DNA of 64,000 nucleotides from assembly GCA_035530755.1 (NCBI GenBank), contig DATKUF010000036.1, positions 14,354 to 78,353 on the forward strand, in the 5' to 3' direction. The notes beneath the pieces were generated by a model. It ran no database searches, was not told the DNA's origin, and saw only the letters and a list, made by a program, of their open reading frames with translations. The number at the start of each line of letters is the position of its first letter. The first letter of the stretch is position 1. Shown here one piece after another: positions 1-8,742 of the stretch. Source of the DNA: Spirochaetia bacterium. Its GTDB lineage: Bacteria; Spirochaetota; Spirochaetia; DSM-27196; DATKUC01. A program made the translations under genes and the position numbers.

Positions 1-1
1 C

Positions 2-178
2 CTGCAGGCAATGCGCGCACGATCGAAGCCGAGCAGCGGGGTGGACTTCACCCGGACGCATCCGCTGCCCGCGGACCGCATTACAGACGTACAAAAGACT
101 ATCGGCAACTACAAGGCTCCCGGCTACGATACCGCGGTTACAAAACAGCGGTTCGAGCAGGCGCTGAGCGGAATCTGA
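2..178 (+). CDS. 3' end of a gene entering from the left edge; possible M48-type metallopeptidase C-terminus
   Basis: Frame 2 is open from the window edge to TGA 176-178. It is absent from the ORF track because no start lies in the window. The tail reads ...GVDFTRTHPLPADRITDVQKTIGNYKAPGYDTAVTKQRFEQALSGI. T-H-P-x4-R-I resembles the conserved C-terminal element of M48 (HtpX/BepA-like) peptidases. Only 58 codons are visible. Confidence 0.35.
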   Translation: MQAMRARSKPSSGVDFTRTHPLPADRITDVQKTIGNYKAPGYDTAVTKQRFEQALSGI

Positions 179-501
179 CTCTTCTGAGGCGGCACTGGTT
201 CACTGTCCGGCGGCCTTGAACCGCCGGACCCTGCCGCACGCCAATCCAAACTCCTGAAAGGGGGCGTCCCATCAGCACCAAAAAATCCGTCCAGAGAAAA
301 GCCGAAACCAACGAGTCCGAGGAACAATCATCGGGCGCAACGCTGGTTCCGCGTCTGCTTCGCGGCGCCGCAGTAGGTGCGGCCGCGGCGCTTGTCGCGG
401 CGGTTCTCCTGCTTACGGGGACACTCGGCACCTTCGAGGCGAAGACCTGGGATGCACGCGCTCGGCTTTTTGCCCGACCCGACAGCGCGACAAGCAATGT
501 C

Positions 502-2505
502 GTGCTGATTCTGCTGGACCAAAAGAGCTACGATTGGGGAAAACAGACCAACGGCTGGAACTGGCCCTGGCCGCGCGAGGTCTACGCCGCAGTGGTGGAT
601 TTTTGCGCACGGGCCGGTGTGAAGGCGCTCGGATTCGATGTGCTGTTCAGCGATCCCTCTTCCTACGGCGTGGCAGATGATCAATCGTTCGGGGATGCGC
701 TCGGTGGGTTCGGCCACAGCGTCGCTGCGGTCTATCCCGGCACAGACAAGGGCGGCGTTAAAGTCTGGCCCGATTCCATCCCGACACCTCCGGTGCAAAT
801 TGATGGACTTGCGACCTGGCTCACCGGGACACGAAAGGCGGATTATACCTCCGAGTACGCTCGGTTCCCTATTCCGGAGGTGGCGCGAAGTGCCGCTGTG
901 CTCGGGAGCGTCAACTTCACCAATGACCCCGACGGCGTATACCGCCGGGGCCGGTTTTTCCGGATCTTCGACGGCAAGGTTGTTCCCTCAATCGCACTCG
1001 CGATGTATGTGGCCGGTGCGGAGAATCCGCCTCAGATCAAGATCGCGCCCGGCCGGTTCAGCGTGAATAAGGATCGAATACCAATCGACGCCGACGGGCT
1101 GGCGATCCTTCACTTCACAAGCCGATCATCTGATCGCACCCATCAAGCGTACAGCGCCGCTGCAATTGTCCAGAGTGACATCCAGCTCATGTCCGGCGAC
1201 AAGCCGACCGTTGATCCAAAGGAGCTTACCGGGAAGTACGTGCTGTTCGGTTTTTCCGCGCCCGACCTCTACGACCTCCGTCCGTCTCCGCTTGCTGCAA
1301 TTGTCCCGGGAGTCGAAATCCACGCCACCATGCTGGACAATCTCCTCTCCGGCTCGTTCATGCGGGCGGTCCCTGTTTGGCAGACTATCGTCTACCTTGC
1401 GCTTCTGGGAGTCGCAGCCGGTCTCCTCGGAGCCGTGATCAGCGGAACCGTCGGAACCATCCTCCTGTTCGTCCTCATGCTCCCGCTCCCCGTGGCAGCG
1501 AGTTTTCTCATGTATACCCAGGGCTACTGGCTGCAGCTCATTGCCGGGCTGGTTGCCGTTGCCCTCGCGCTCACCGGCGCGAACGTCGCGAACTATGCAA
1601 CCGAGGGCCGGCAGCGCCGGTACATCAAGAATGCGTTCCAGCAGTATCTGAGCCCGGCCGTGATCGAGCAGCTCATTGCGCATCCGGAGCGATTGCAGCT
1701 CGGCGGAGTCCGGCGCGAACTTTCCATCTTCTTCTCCGACCTCCAGGGCTTCACCGGCATATCGGAAGGGCTTTCGCCGGAGGAGCTGACTGCGCTTTTG
1801 AACGACTACCTGTCAGCGATGACCGACATTATCCAGGAGGAGGGCGGCACCATCGACAAGTATGAGGGGGATGCCATTATCGCCTTCTGGAACGCTCCCA
1901 TCGGCCAGAATGACCACGCGGTCCGAGCGATTCGCGCCGCGCTTCGATGCCAGGCCAAGCTGACCGAAATGCGGCCCGGGTTCCGTGACCGCGTCAACAA
2001 GGACATGTACATGCGTGTCGGCGTAAACACCGGTGCTGCGGTAGTCGGTAACATGGGTTCTCACACCCGGTTCGACTACACGATGCTCGGAGATGCAGTG
2101 AACCTCGCTTCACGTCTGGAAGGCATCAACAAGCAGTTCGGGACCTACACGATGATGTCTCAGACGACGAAGTCGGCATTGAACGACGCTTTTCCCGCGC
2201 GGGAACTTTCCCGCGTTGCGGTGGTCGGACGAAAGGAACCGGTGGTTGTCTACGAACCGATGCTGGCAGAAGAGTTTGAGTCGCGCCGACCCAAAATCGA
2301 GGAGTTCCTGGCCGCGCTTCATCTTTTTTATGACGGACGATTCCTGACCGCCGCCGCCGGTTTTGACGCACTATCGGACGCTGATCCCGCCGCGAAAATG
2401 TATGCAAGAAAGTGCCGCGAACTTGCGAAACACTACGGAGTTACGAGTCCCGGCGACGCGCCCCCTGCAGACTGGGAGGGTGTCTGGGTGATGACTGAGA
2501 AATAA
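502..2505 (+). CDS. CHASE2 sensor domain / class III adenylate (or guanylate) cyclase
   Basis: 667-aa ORF. The N-terminal half is CHASE2-like (ILLDQKSYDWGKQTNGWNWPWPREVYA...), followed by hydrophobic helices (WQTIVYLALLGVAAGLLGAVISG, LIAGLVAVALALTGANV). The C-terminal cyclase core has LSIFFSDLQGFTGISE, YEGDAIIAFWNAP and RVGVNTGAAVVGNMGS..FDYTMLGDAVNLASRLEG. The true start is probably upstream of the track GTG (see finding). Confidence 0.9.
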   Translation: MLILLDQKSYDWGKQTNGWNWPWPREVYAAVVDFCARAGVKALGFDVLFSDPSSYGVADDQSFGDALGGFGHSVAAVYPGTDKGGVKVWPDSIPTPPVQIDGLATWLTGTRKADYTSEYARFPIPEVARSAAVLGSVNFTNDPDGVYRRGRFFRIFDGKVVPSIALAMYVAGAENPPQIKIAPGRFSVNKDRIPIDADGLAILHFTSRSSDRTHQAYSAAAIVQSDIQLMSGDKPTVDPKELTGKYVLFGFSAPDLYDLRPSPLAAIVPGVEIHATMLDNLLSGSFMRAVPVWQTIVYLALLGVAAGLLGAVISGTVGTILLFVLMLPLPVAASFLMYTQGYWLQLIAGLVAVALALTGANVANYATEGRQRRYIKNAFQQYLSPAVIEQLIAHPERLQLGGVRRELSIFFSDLQGFTGISEGLSPEELTALLNDYLSAMTDIIQEEGGTIDKYEGDAIIAFWNAPIGQNDHAVRAIRAALRCQAKLTEMRPGFRDRVNKDMYMRVGVNTGAAVVGNMGSHTRFDYTMLGDAVNLASRLEGINKQFGTYTMMSQTTKSALNDAFPARELSRVAVVGRKEPVVVYEPMLAEEFESRRPKIEEFLAALHLFYDGRFLTAAAGFDALSDADPAAKMYARKCRELAKHYGVTSPGDAPPADWEGVWVMTEK

Positions 2506-2508
2506 CTG

Positions 2509-3948
2509 ATGGTGACTCTTCTCATCGATTGGTTGCTCCGGCTGGTGCAGAGACGGATGAACGGACTCGCTTCCCGAAGAACTCTTGCGCGGGTCGCACG
2601 ACGGGCGTGGTTGCCACGAAGCGAAAAGATCCCTGAATCGGAAACGGAGTTCGGGGCGGGACTCCTTCATCATCTACAGGAGAAGCGGCTGCGCTCCACC
2701 ATTCGTTTTGCCGCGAAGAACTCCCCCTACTACCGTGAGCTTTTTGAAACACATCGCATGCGCCCCGCCGATGTACGGTCGGTATCCGACCTTCGGCAGC
2801 TTCCGGTAACCGATTCGGAGGCAATGAACGACTGGCGAAAGTTTCTCGCCGTTCCACAGGAGCAGCTGCTCGTTGTGGCCGGTTCGGCCGGCACCGGTCC
2901 AACACGGAAAACCGTCGCGTTTACCGCGGCGGACTGGAACCAGGTTTGCACCGCGCGGGCGGTCGCCATCGGTATGCTGATTGGCAGCCGGCGGGCACCA
3001 GGGGTCGCGAAAACGACCGGCGACGGCGATCGGGCTGCCGGGAAAGGGGCTCTCATGATCCTTCCACCGGCGTCGGCGGGGTGGGTGGACAGCCGCCTTT
3101 TCCGTGACGCTCTGGCGAGGACCGGTGTGCCGCTGTTCGAAGCGGGTACCGACGCGCCGGAAGAGGCCGTGCGACTGCTCGTGGAGTTCACGCCCGCACT
3201 GCTCATCGGTACACCGCATTCACTCGATATCCTGACCCGATGTGCCGCGGATGTGGGGTTTGCCTACCGTCCGTCGGCAATAATCAGCCTGGCCGACGCT
3301 CTTTCGACCGCGGTCCTTTCCCGTCTGAACGTCCACTGGGACAGTGCAGTCGTTGCATGCTACGGCTCGGCAGAGCTCGGAGGCGCACAGTCGGTTGCGT
3401 TTTCATCGTGCCGTGGAACTCATCTGAACGCACTCGATCTGATTGTTGAAATCCTCGATCCCGAAACCGGCGATCCCGCGGCACTGGGGGACCTGGTGGT
3501 GACGACTCTGCTTCGCCGGGCAATGCCGCTCATCCGCTACCGGACCGGAGACACGGCACGCTGGGTGCAGCATGAGTGCCGTCTGCCGTTTCCTTCGTTG
3601 GAGATACTCGGCAGTCGGACCGGCGTCCTGTTTCGAAATCGCACGATCGGCGCGCGTGAGCTTTCCGAATGCATCGCCGGCGTCCCCGGAACATCCGGGC
3701 GTCTGCTGTGGCGATACGAGAACGCAGCCTCGGGCGGCGGAAGCAGCGTGGCCATAGAACGAGCCGGTTATGGCCCGGGTTCCGCGACCGACGAGAATGA
3801 GATCCTCGTGCAACTCCGTCGCGCAATCGAGAGTGCATTACCGCCGGGCACCTCCGCTGCTCTGCGCGGCGACAGACTCGCGATCTCTGTGTGCGACGAC
3901 TTGCCCGGCCAGATAAGGAATGTCCGTATCGAGGACCATAGTACGTAG
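2509..3948 (+). CDS. Adenylate-forming enzyme, phenylacetate-CoA ligase / F390 synthetase-like (PaaK/CapK family)
   Basis: 479-aa ORF starting 4 nt after the cyclase stop. FAAKNSPYYRELFETHRMRPADVRSVSDLRQLPVTD is the typical opening of this family. It has a degenerate P-loop (GSAGTGPTRKTV) and the AMP-binding motif IRYRTGDTARW. The start codon is uncertain. Confidence 0.6.
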   Translation: MVTLLIDWLLRLVQRRMNGLASRRTLARVARRAWLPRSEKIPESETEFGAGLLHHLQEKRLRSTIRFAAKNSPYYRELFETHRMRPADVRSVSDLRQLPVTDSEAMNDWRKFLAVPQEQLLVVAGSAGTGPTRKTVAFTAADWNQVCTARAVAIGMLIGSRRAPGVAKTTGDGDRAAGKGALMILPPASAGWVDSRLFRDALARTGVPLFEAGTDAPEEAVRLLVEFTPALLIGTPHSLDILTRCAADVGFAYRPSAIISLADALSTAVLSRLNVHWDSAVVACYGSAELGGAQSVAFSSCRGTHLNALDLIVEILDPETGDPAALGDLVVTTLLRRAMPLIRYRTGDTARWVQHECRLPFPSLEILGSRTGVLFRNRTIGARELSECIAGVPGTSGRLLWRYENAASGGGSSVAIERAGYGPGSATDENEILVQLRRAIESALPPGTSAALRGDRLAISVCDDLPGQIRNVRIEDHST

Positions 3949-3986
3949 TCGCCGGCGTGTACTTGTGTGCTCGTAAGAACGGGGGT

Positions 3987-4652
3987 ATGGTTCAGGTGAT
4001 GCAGAATCTGTTCCTGGTTTCACGAGGAATAATTCACCCATCGCTTCGCGCTCGAAAGCATCTTTTTTCCCTGCTCTCGTCCTCGGGAACCATCGCAATT
4101 TCTGCTCGCAACGCTGCGCGGGCCACATTTTCAAGTCTTGACCCCGCCGAGACGCCCGCTGCAATACTTTTCTACAACCGGCGCGTGCCGGCCGTCGGCA
4201 GCGACTCGAAGCAGGAGCCCGGGTACGATGAGCTGCTCGACTCCTATCTGCTCGCAGGCGGCGGTCTTCTGATAATCGGTAGTTCAGACCTGCCTCAGGG
4301 GAACGGTTGCGAACGGTTTCCGCGGGCTCGAGTTCTGATCCATCAGGTGAATGAGTTTTCCCGGGTCTTTGAAGGGGTGGGAGATTTTGAATTCAAAGAT
4401 ACGGTTTTTACCAGAACAGTTGCCGAAGGTACGGAGATCCAGTTTACGGTGTCCGGCCCGTGGCCGGGCGATGCCGATTCTCACCACAATGAAATACCGG
4501 TTGTTTGGACTCGATACAGGGGCAGGGGACGCCTTTGCTACATCGGCCTTGAATTGCGCGCCGCGAGTCTTCGACACGCGGGGGTTCGCGCAATAGTCCT
4601 TCAGGCCGTCGAATGGCTGTTGCTTGCCCGCCGAGACTCCTCCTCAGTTTGA
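3987..4652 (+). CDS. ThuA-like (class I glutamine amidotransferase-like fold) protein
   Basis: The tail NEIPVVWTRYRGRGRLCYIGLELRAASLRHAGVRAIVLQAVEWLL resembles the ThuA-domain ending (PV.WT..YGKGRVFYT.LGH). An LLIIGSSD strand is present. Start is ambiguous (ATG 3987 or 3999; track start 3957). Confidence 0.45.
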   Translation: MVQVMQNLFLVSRGIIHPSLRARKHLFSLLSSSGTIAISARNAARATFSSLDPAETPAAILFYNRRVPAVGSDSKQEPGYDELLDSYLLAGGGLLIIGSSDLPQGNGCERFPRARVLIHQVNEFSRVFEGVGDFEFKDTVFTRTVAEGTEIQFTVSGPWPGDADSHHNEIPVVWTRYRGRGRLCYIGLELRAASLRHAGVRAIVLQAVEWLLLARRDSSSV

Positions 4653-5036
4653 CTTCGACGGCGCGGTTGGGTTCTTCCTTCCGAGGTAATCCTGCAGAAT
4701 CTGAACGAGAGTCTGCAGAGTCTCCTGCGGTATGCTGTCGAGACGACTTGAGAGCTGCGCCGTCAGCGTCTTAAGTTCCTGCGTCGACTCTTTATTCCGC
4801 TCTATGTCGCCAATGAGTGACTGAAGGGTTGATTTCAGCGAATTCAATGTTTCGACGTCGGATTTGACCTTGTTCACATCGTTGGAAGTTTCGGCGAGCC
4901 GGGCATCGGTTTCTTCCCTGGTGGTCGAAATGTGTTTGTCCACATACCCCGTAGTGGCGATGAATCCGAGAAATCCGGTATTCGTGCAACCTAGGAACAA
5001 GAGGGCCAGAACCGGCACATACGCGAGACGTTTCAT
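4644..5036 (-). CDS. Coiled-coil lipoprotein, unknown function
   Basis: Start moved to ATG 5036, preceded by a GGAGG Shine-Dalgarno sequence. MKRLAYVPVLALLFLGC has a lipobox (L-F-L-G-C). The remainder is heptad-like (NDVNKVKSDVETLNSLKSTLQSLIGDIERNKESTQELKTL). Confidence 0.6.
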   Translation of the reverse strand: MKRLAYVPVLALLFLGCTNTGFLGFIATTGYVDKHISTTREETDARLAETSNDVNKVKSDVETLNSLKSTLQSLIGDIERNKESTQELKTLTAQLSSRLDSIPQETLQTLVQILQDYLGRKNPTAPSKSN

Positions 5037-5146
5037 GGGTACCTCCGCGGTGATTCTCATTCGTATCACGATTGGAGGCCCAGCTCAAGTCCGAATGTCA
5101 TCCCCTCGACAGTTCGCGGTTGTTCTCCACGCGCAGGGAACGGTTT

Positions 5147-6124
5147 TCACTCAAGAAGCGCCTGGGTGACTTCAATTGCCTCCGCAAGGCGTGCCTCCGG
5201 ATTCCCGTGAAGAAGGATCGCTTCGCTTCCTGTATCCGAAATCCGCGTGACGCATCGCTCGAGGAATTCGGACATCCCCTTATCGGCGGATGGAACGACA
5301 AGGTATCGGTCGTAGCGCTGCGCCCGGAAATAATGATCTGCGGCGGTATGTATTTCCTTTGAAAGTTGCGGAAAGTGGAGCTCAGCACGAACCGTTATCT
5401 GGAGCGCGGATGATTCAACGAAAAGAACGCGGTTCGCCTGAGCTGCGATCGCAGCCTCCGATGCGGCCTGGGCGCGAAGCAGCTCATCAAGTGAATCCGC
5501 AGAAAACGCGTTGTCGGAGCGTGAAAGCCAGAAGCGTGCATAATCGGTGACGTAGAGGGTGGAGCATTCCCGGGCAAGGGCGCGCGCGAGTTCATCCTGC
5601 GGAATTGTCGGATTAAGCGCCGAATCAGAAACCACGCAGATTCGCCGTAGATAGTAAGGTCGAACCGGCGGCGGAATGAACTTCCAGTTTCCGATAGGGT
5701 CCTTCCGGATCTCGGTCGCCGATACCGGGAAAACCGATCGCGCGGGGTCAACCGCAATGAAGGCCGCGCCAAGATCGACCGCAAGTTGCTTTCCGTAGTC
5801 CTCGGATGCGAAGACGAAATCGACTCCCGTCGGGACGTACCGTCTGATGGTCCGTGCCCAGATCGAGGTCGATCCCGGAGAATCCTTCTTTGCCTCGGGG
5901 ATCTCGTCGGTAATGTGAACGATATCGCAACCGGGAAACAGTTGTTGCATCCATCGGAATCGCAGCTCGCCGGGGATCGGCTCGCCGGGGAGAGTGCAGA
6001 CGAGCACGGTGAGGCGATCGCAGAAATTCCGCGCGAAGTCGACAAGATAGATGTGACCGGCGTGGGGCGGCATAAAGCGTCCGATGACCACGCCACGCGT
6101 GGGCCGCGGCGGCGATGTTTGCAT
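5147..6124 (-). CDS. nadR: NadR-like NMN adenylyltransferase with a degenerate ribosylnicotinamide-kinase-like C-terminal domain
   Basis: GVVIGRFMPPHAGHIYLVDFA carries the (H/T)xGH nucleotidyltransferase motif, and VSATEIRKDP carries ISxTxxR. The C-terminal half aligns to the NadR kinase domain, but the Walker A position reads SDSALNPT rather than GxxxxGKS. Confidence 0.7.
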   Translation of the reverse strand: MQTSPPRPTRGVVIGRFMPPHAGHIYLVDFARNFCDRLTVLVCTLPGEPIPGELRFRWMQQLFPGCDIVHITDEIPEAKKDSPGSTSIWARTIRRYVPTGVDFVFASEDYGKQLAVDLGAAFIAVDPARSVFPVSATEIRKDPIGNWKFIPPPVRPYYLRRICVVSDSALNPTIPQDELARALARECSTLYVTDYARFWLSRSDNAFSADSLDELLRAQAASEAAIAAQANRVLFVESSALQITVRAELHFPQLSKEIHTAADHYFRAQRYDRYLVVPSADKGMSEFLERCVTRISDTGSEAILLHGNPEARLAEAIEVTQALLE

Positions 6125-6176
6125 AAACGGGGTTCTATAGTAACATCAATTGTGCCGTGTGGTAAGGGGACACAAG

Positions 6177-7160
6177 ATGAACGACGACCGAAAGTATCTC
6201 ATCGGCTTTGATCTGGGTGGAACGAAAATGCTCGGTTGTCTCCTTACCCGGGATTTCGAGATTGTTGCGCGCAACAAGGAGAAGATTCGCGACGGGTCGA
6301 ACGGCGAAGAGGTATTCGACCGACTGACGAAGTGCATCACCACACTCGTGGAGAGTTTTGGCATAAAAATGGACGAAGTTGCGGGCGCGGGCGTCGCGGT
6401 GCCCAGTCCGATCGATCTCGCTACCGGTGTAGTTCTCGAGACTCCGAACCTCGGCTTTCGCGATTTTCCTTTGAAGGCGCGGCTCGAAGAATCGCTCGGT
6501 ATCCCGGTGATCCTCGAGAACGATGTGAACGCCGGGACATACGGCGAGCTGCGCCGGGGCGCGGCCGTTGGATACCGTCACGTGATAGGACTCTTCCCCG
6601 GGACCGGGATTGGCGGGGGAATCGTGATAGACGGAAAGCTCTATCGCGGAGCGACCGGGGGCGCCGGCGAGATAGGCCACATGATCATCCAGCTCGACGG
6701 CCCGCTATGCGGCGCTGGGCACTATGGCTGTCTGGAATCGGTCGCCTCGAAGACGGCGATGGCGAAGGATGCTGCGATGCTCGCGACCACAGGCGGGGCA
6801 CCGGTGATGGCTTCGCTCGCAGGCGGGGACGTATCAAAGATGAAGAGCAGTGTGTTTGCCAAGTCGATCGAGGGTGGGGATACCGGCATCGCCCGGCTGC
6901 TCGAGCGCGCGGCGTACTTTCTCGGGATAGGCCTCGCGAATTGCGTGAATATCTTCAATCCGGAAGCTATCATTGTGGGGGGTGGTCTGGTCGAGAGGTT
7001 CGGCGACGCCTATCTCTCGGTCGCCGAGAGGTCAATGAGAGAGAATGCGATGCAATCGCTCGCAAAAGTGGTGAAACTTCTGCCGGCAAAACTCGGCGAC
7101 GACGCCGTCGCGATCGGCGTCTCGTCGCTTTTGGCTGAAGCGCTCGCGAACAAGACGTAG
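6177..7160 (+). CDS. ROK-family sugar kinase (glucokinase-like)
   Basis: Start moved to ATG 6177 after an AAGGGGA Shine-Dalgarno sequence. Motifs: YLIGFDLGGTKM (phosphate-1), PGTGIGGGIV, GGAGEIGHM, CGAGHYGCLESVAS (ROK Zn/Cys region). There is no N-terminal HTH, so this is a kinase rather than a repressor. Confidence 0.85.
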   Translation: MNDDRKYLIGFDLGGTKMLGCLLTRDFEIVARNKEKIRDGSNGEEVFDRLTKCITTLVESFGIKMDEVAGAGVAVPSPIDLATGVVLETPNLGFRDFPLKARLEESLGIPVILENDVNAGTYGELRRGAAVGYRHVIGLFPGTGIGGGIVIDGKLYRGATGGAGEIGHMIIQLDGPLCGAGHYGCLESVASKTAMAKDAAMLATTGGAPVMASLAGGDVSKMKSSVFAKSIEGGDTGIARLLERAAYFLGIGLANCVNIFNPEAIIVGGGLVERFGDAYLSVAERSMRENAMQSLAKVVKLLPAKLGDDAVAIGVSSLLAEALANKT

Positions 7161-7176
7161 GCTTCGTCGGAATCAT

Positions 7177-8730
7177 ATGGAAAAGAAAAAAACACTGATC
7201 GCTCCCAAAATTGTTGCGGTTGTCGACATAGGGTCGACCGCCATTCGGATAGTAATTGCCGAGATCGACGAGAAAGGTGACTGGAAGCGCCTGGATCGCG
7301 CAACCAAGCCGGTCCCGCTTGGCCGGGACGTGTTCATGTCGGGACACCTCACCCGTGAGACAATGCTGCAGGCGATTCGGATTCTCAGCGGCTTCCTCGA
7401 GATGCTTTCCGGCTGGCACATTGGGCCGAGGGACGTGCGGGTGATTGCGACCAGCGCCATTCGCGAGGCGAAGAATCGGGACACGTTCGTCGACCGCGTA
7501 TTCATCAGGACGGGACTTCGGATCAACATCATCGAAGGAGTTGAAGAGAATCACCTCACCTATCTGGCGGTCCAGCACGCGGTCCACGACATGCCCGGCC
7601 CCTTCACCAGATCGAGCTCTCTTATCATCGAGGTAGGCGGGGGAACCACCGAAGTCATGCTGCTCGATCGTGGGAACATGGTGGCGGCGCATTCGTTCCG
7701 CATCGGAACTGTGCGGATCGAGCAGCAGGTGCGACCGCGCTGGGAATCAAATACGCAGATGGAAGGGTATCTGCGCGAGAATTTGCGCGGAACTCTGGAA
7801 ATCATGAACACCGAGCTCAGGCTCGCGCGCGTGCATTACTTCGTCGCCGTCGGGGGCGACGCGCGATTGGCCGCTGCCAGAGCGGGGACGAAGGAGGCCG
7901 AGCACTACTGGATCATCGAGAAGGCGGATTTTGCCGGGTTTCTCGCGCAACTGGCCGAGCTGTCGGTGGATGAGATCGTCACTCAGCTGGGCGTAACCTA
8001 CAACGAGGCGGAGGGGTTGTATCCGGCCCTGGTGATCTACAACCTTTTTCTTGAAGCCACCGGCGCCCGGCAGCTCATTGTTCCCGATGTCAGTATCCGG
8101 GAAGGAATGCTCGTTAGCTTCGCCCTCGGCAATACGAGCGATGTCAGGGCCGAGCTCTACGGTCAGGTTGTCACCTCGGCAAAAAGCCTTGGGCGGAAGT
8201 TTCATTACGATGAAAAACATGCTATTCATGTGGCGAAGCTGGCGCTCGCGTTTTTTGACCAATTTCAGAATGATCACGGTCTGGAACATCACGCTCGACT
8301 GTTGATGGAGGTCGCGGCAATCCTCCACGACATTGGCAACTTCGTCCGATCGAGCGGCCATCACAAGCACGGACAATATATTGTCGCGAATTCGGAAATA
8401 TTTGGACTCTCTCGCGAGGATATTCGGATCATTTCGAACGTTGTCCGATATCACCGCAAGTCGATGCCCCTGGCATCGCACCCGTCGTTCGTATCGCTTC
8501 GACAGGAGCAACGGCTCATCGTGCTGAAGCTGGCCGCGATGTTGCGCGTTGCCGATGGACTCGACCGAAGTCATCAGCAGCGCGTACAGACGTTTCGTCT
8601 GGAAGTCGCCGAGGGAGATCTCCTTGTGGATTGCACCCACCAGGGCGATATCTCTGTCGAGCGATATGGTATGGCGGTCAAAGCCCTGATGTTCGAAGAA
8701 GTCTTCGGGTATCATGTAGTTATAACTTAG
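7177..8730 (+). CDS. ppx: Exopolyphosphatase / guanosine pentaphosphate phosphohydrolase (Ppx/GppA) with C-terminal HD domain
   Basis: VAVVDIGSTAIRIVIAE and EVGGGTTEV are ASKHA-fold motifs of Ppx/GppA. The C-terminal HD region has AAILHDIGNFV and ISNVVRYHRK. Confidence 0.9.
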   Translation: MEKKKTLIAPKIVAVVDIGSTAIRIVIAEIDEKGDWKRLDRATKPVPLGRDVFMSGHLTRETMLQAIRILSGFLEMLSGWHIGPRDVRVIATSAIREAKNRDTFVDRVFIRTGLRINIIEGVEENHLTYLAVQHAVHDMPGPFTRSSSLIIEVGGGTTEVMLLDRGNMVAAHSFRIGTVRIEQQVRPRWESNTQMEGYLRENLRGTLEIMNTELRLARVHYFVAVGGDARLAAARAGTKEAEHYWIIEKADFAGFLAQLAELSVDEIVTQLGVTYNEAEGLYPALVIYNLFLEATGARQLIVPDVSIREGMLVSFALGNTSDVRAELYGQVVTSAKSLGRKFHYDEKHAIHVAKLALAFFDQFQNDHGLEHHARLLMEVAAILHDIGNFVRSSGHHKHGQYIVANSEIFGLSREDIRIISNVVRYHRKSMPLASHPSFVSLRQEQRLIVLKLAAMLRVADGLDRSHQQRVQTFRLEVAEGDLLVDCTHQGDISVERYGMAVKALMFEEVFGYHVVIT

Positions 8731-8742
8731 AGGTCCGGCAGC

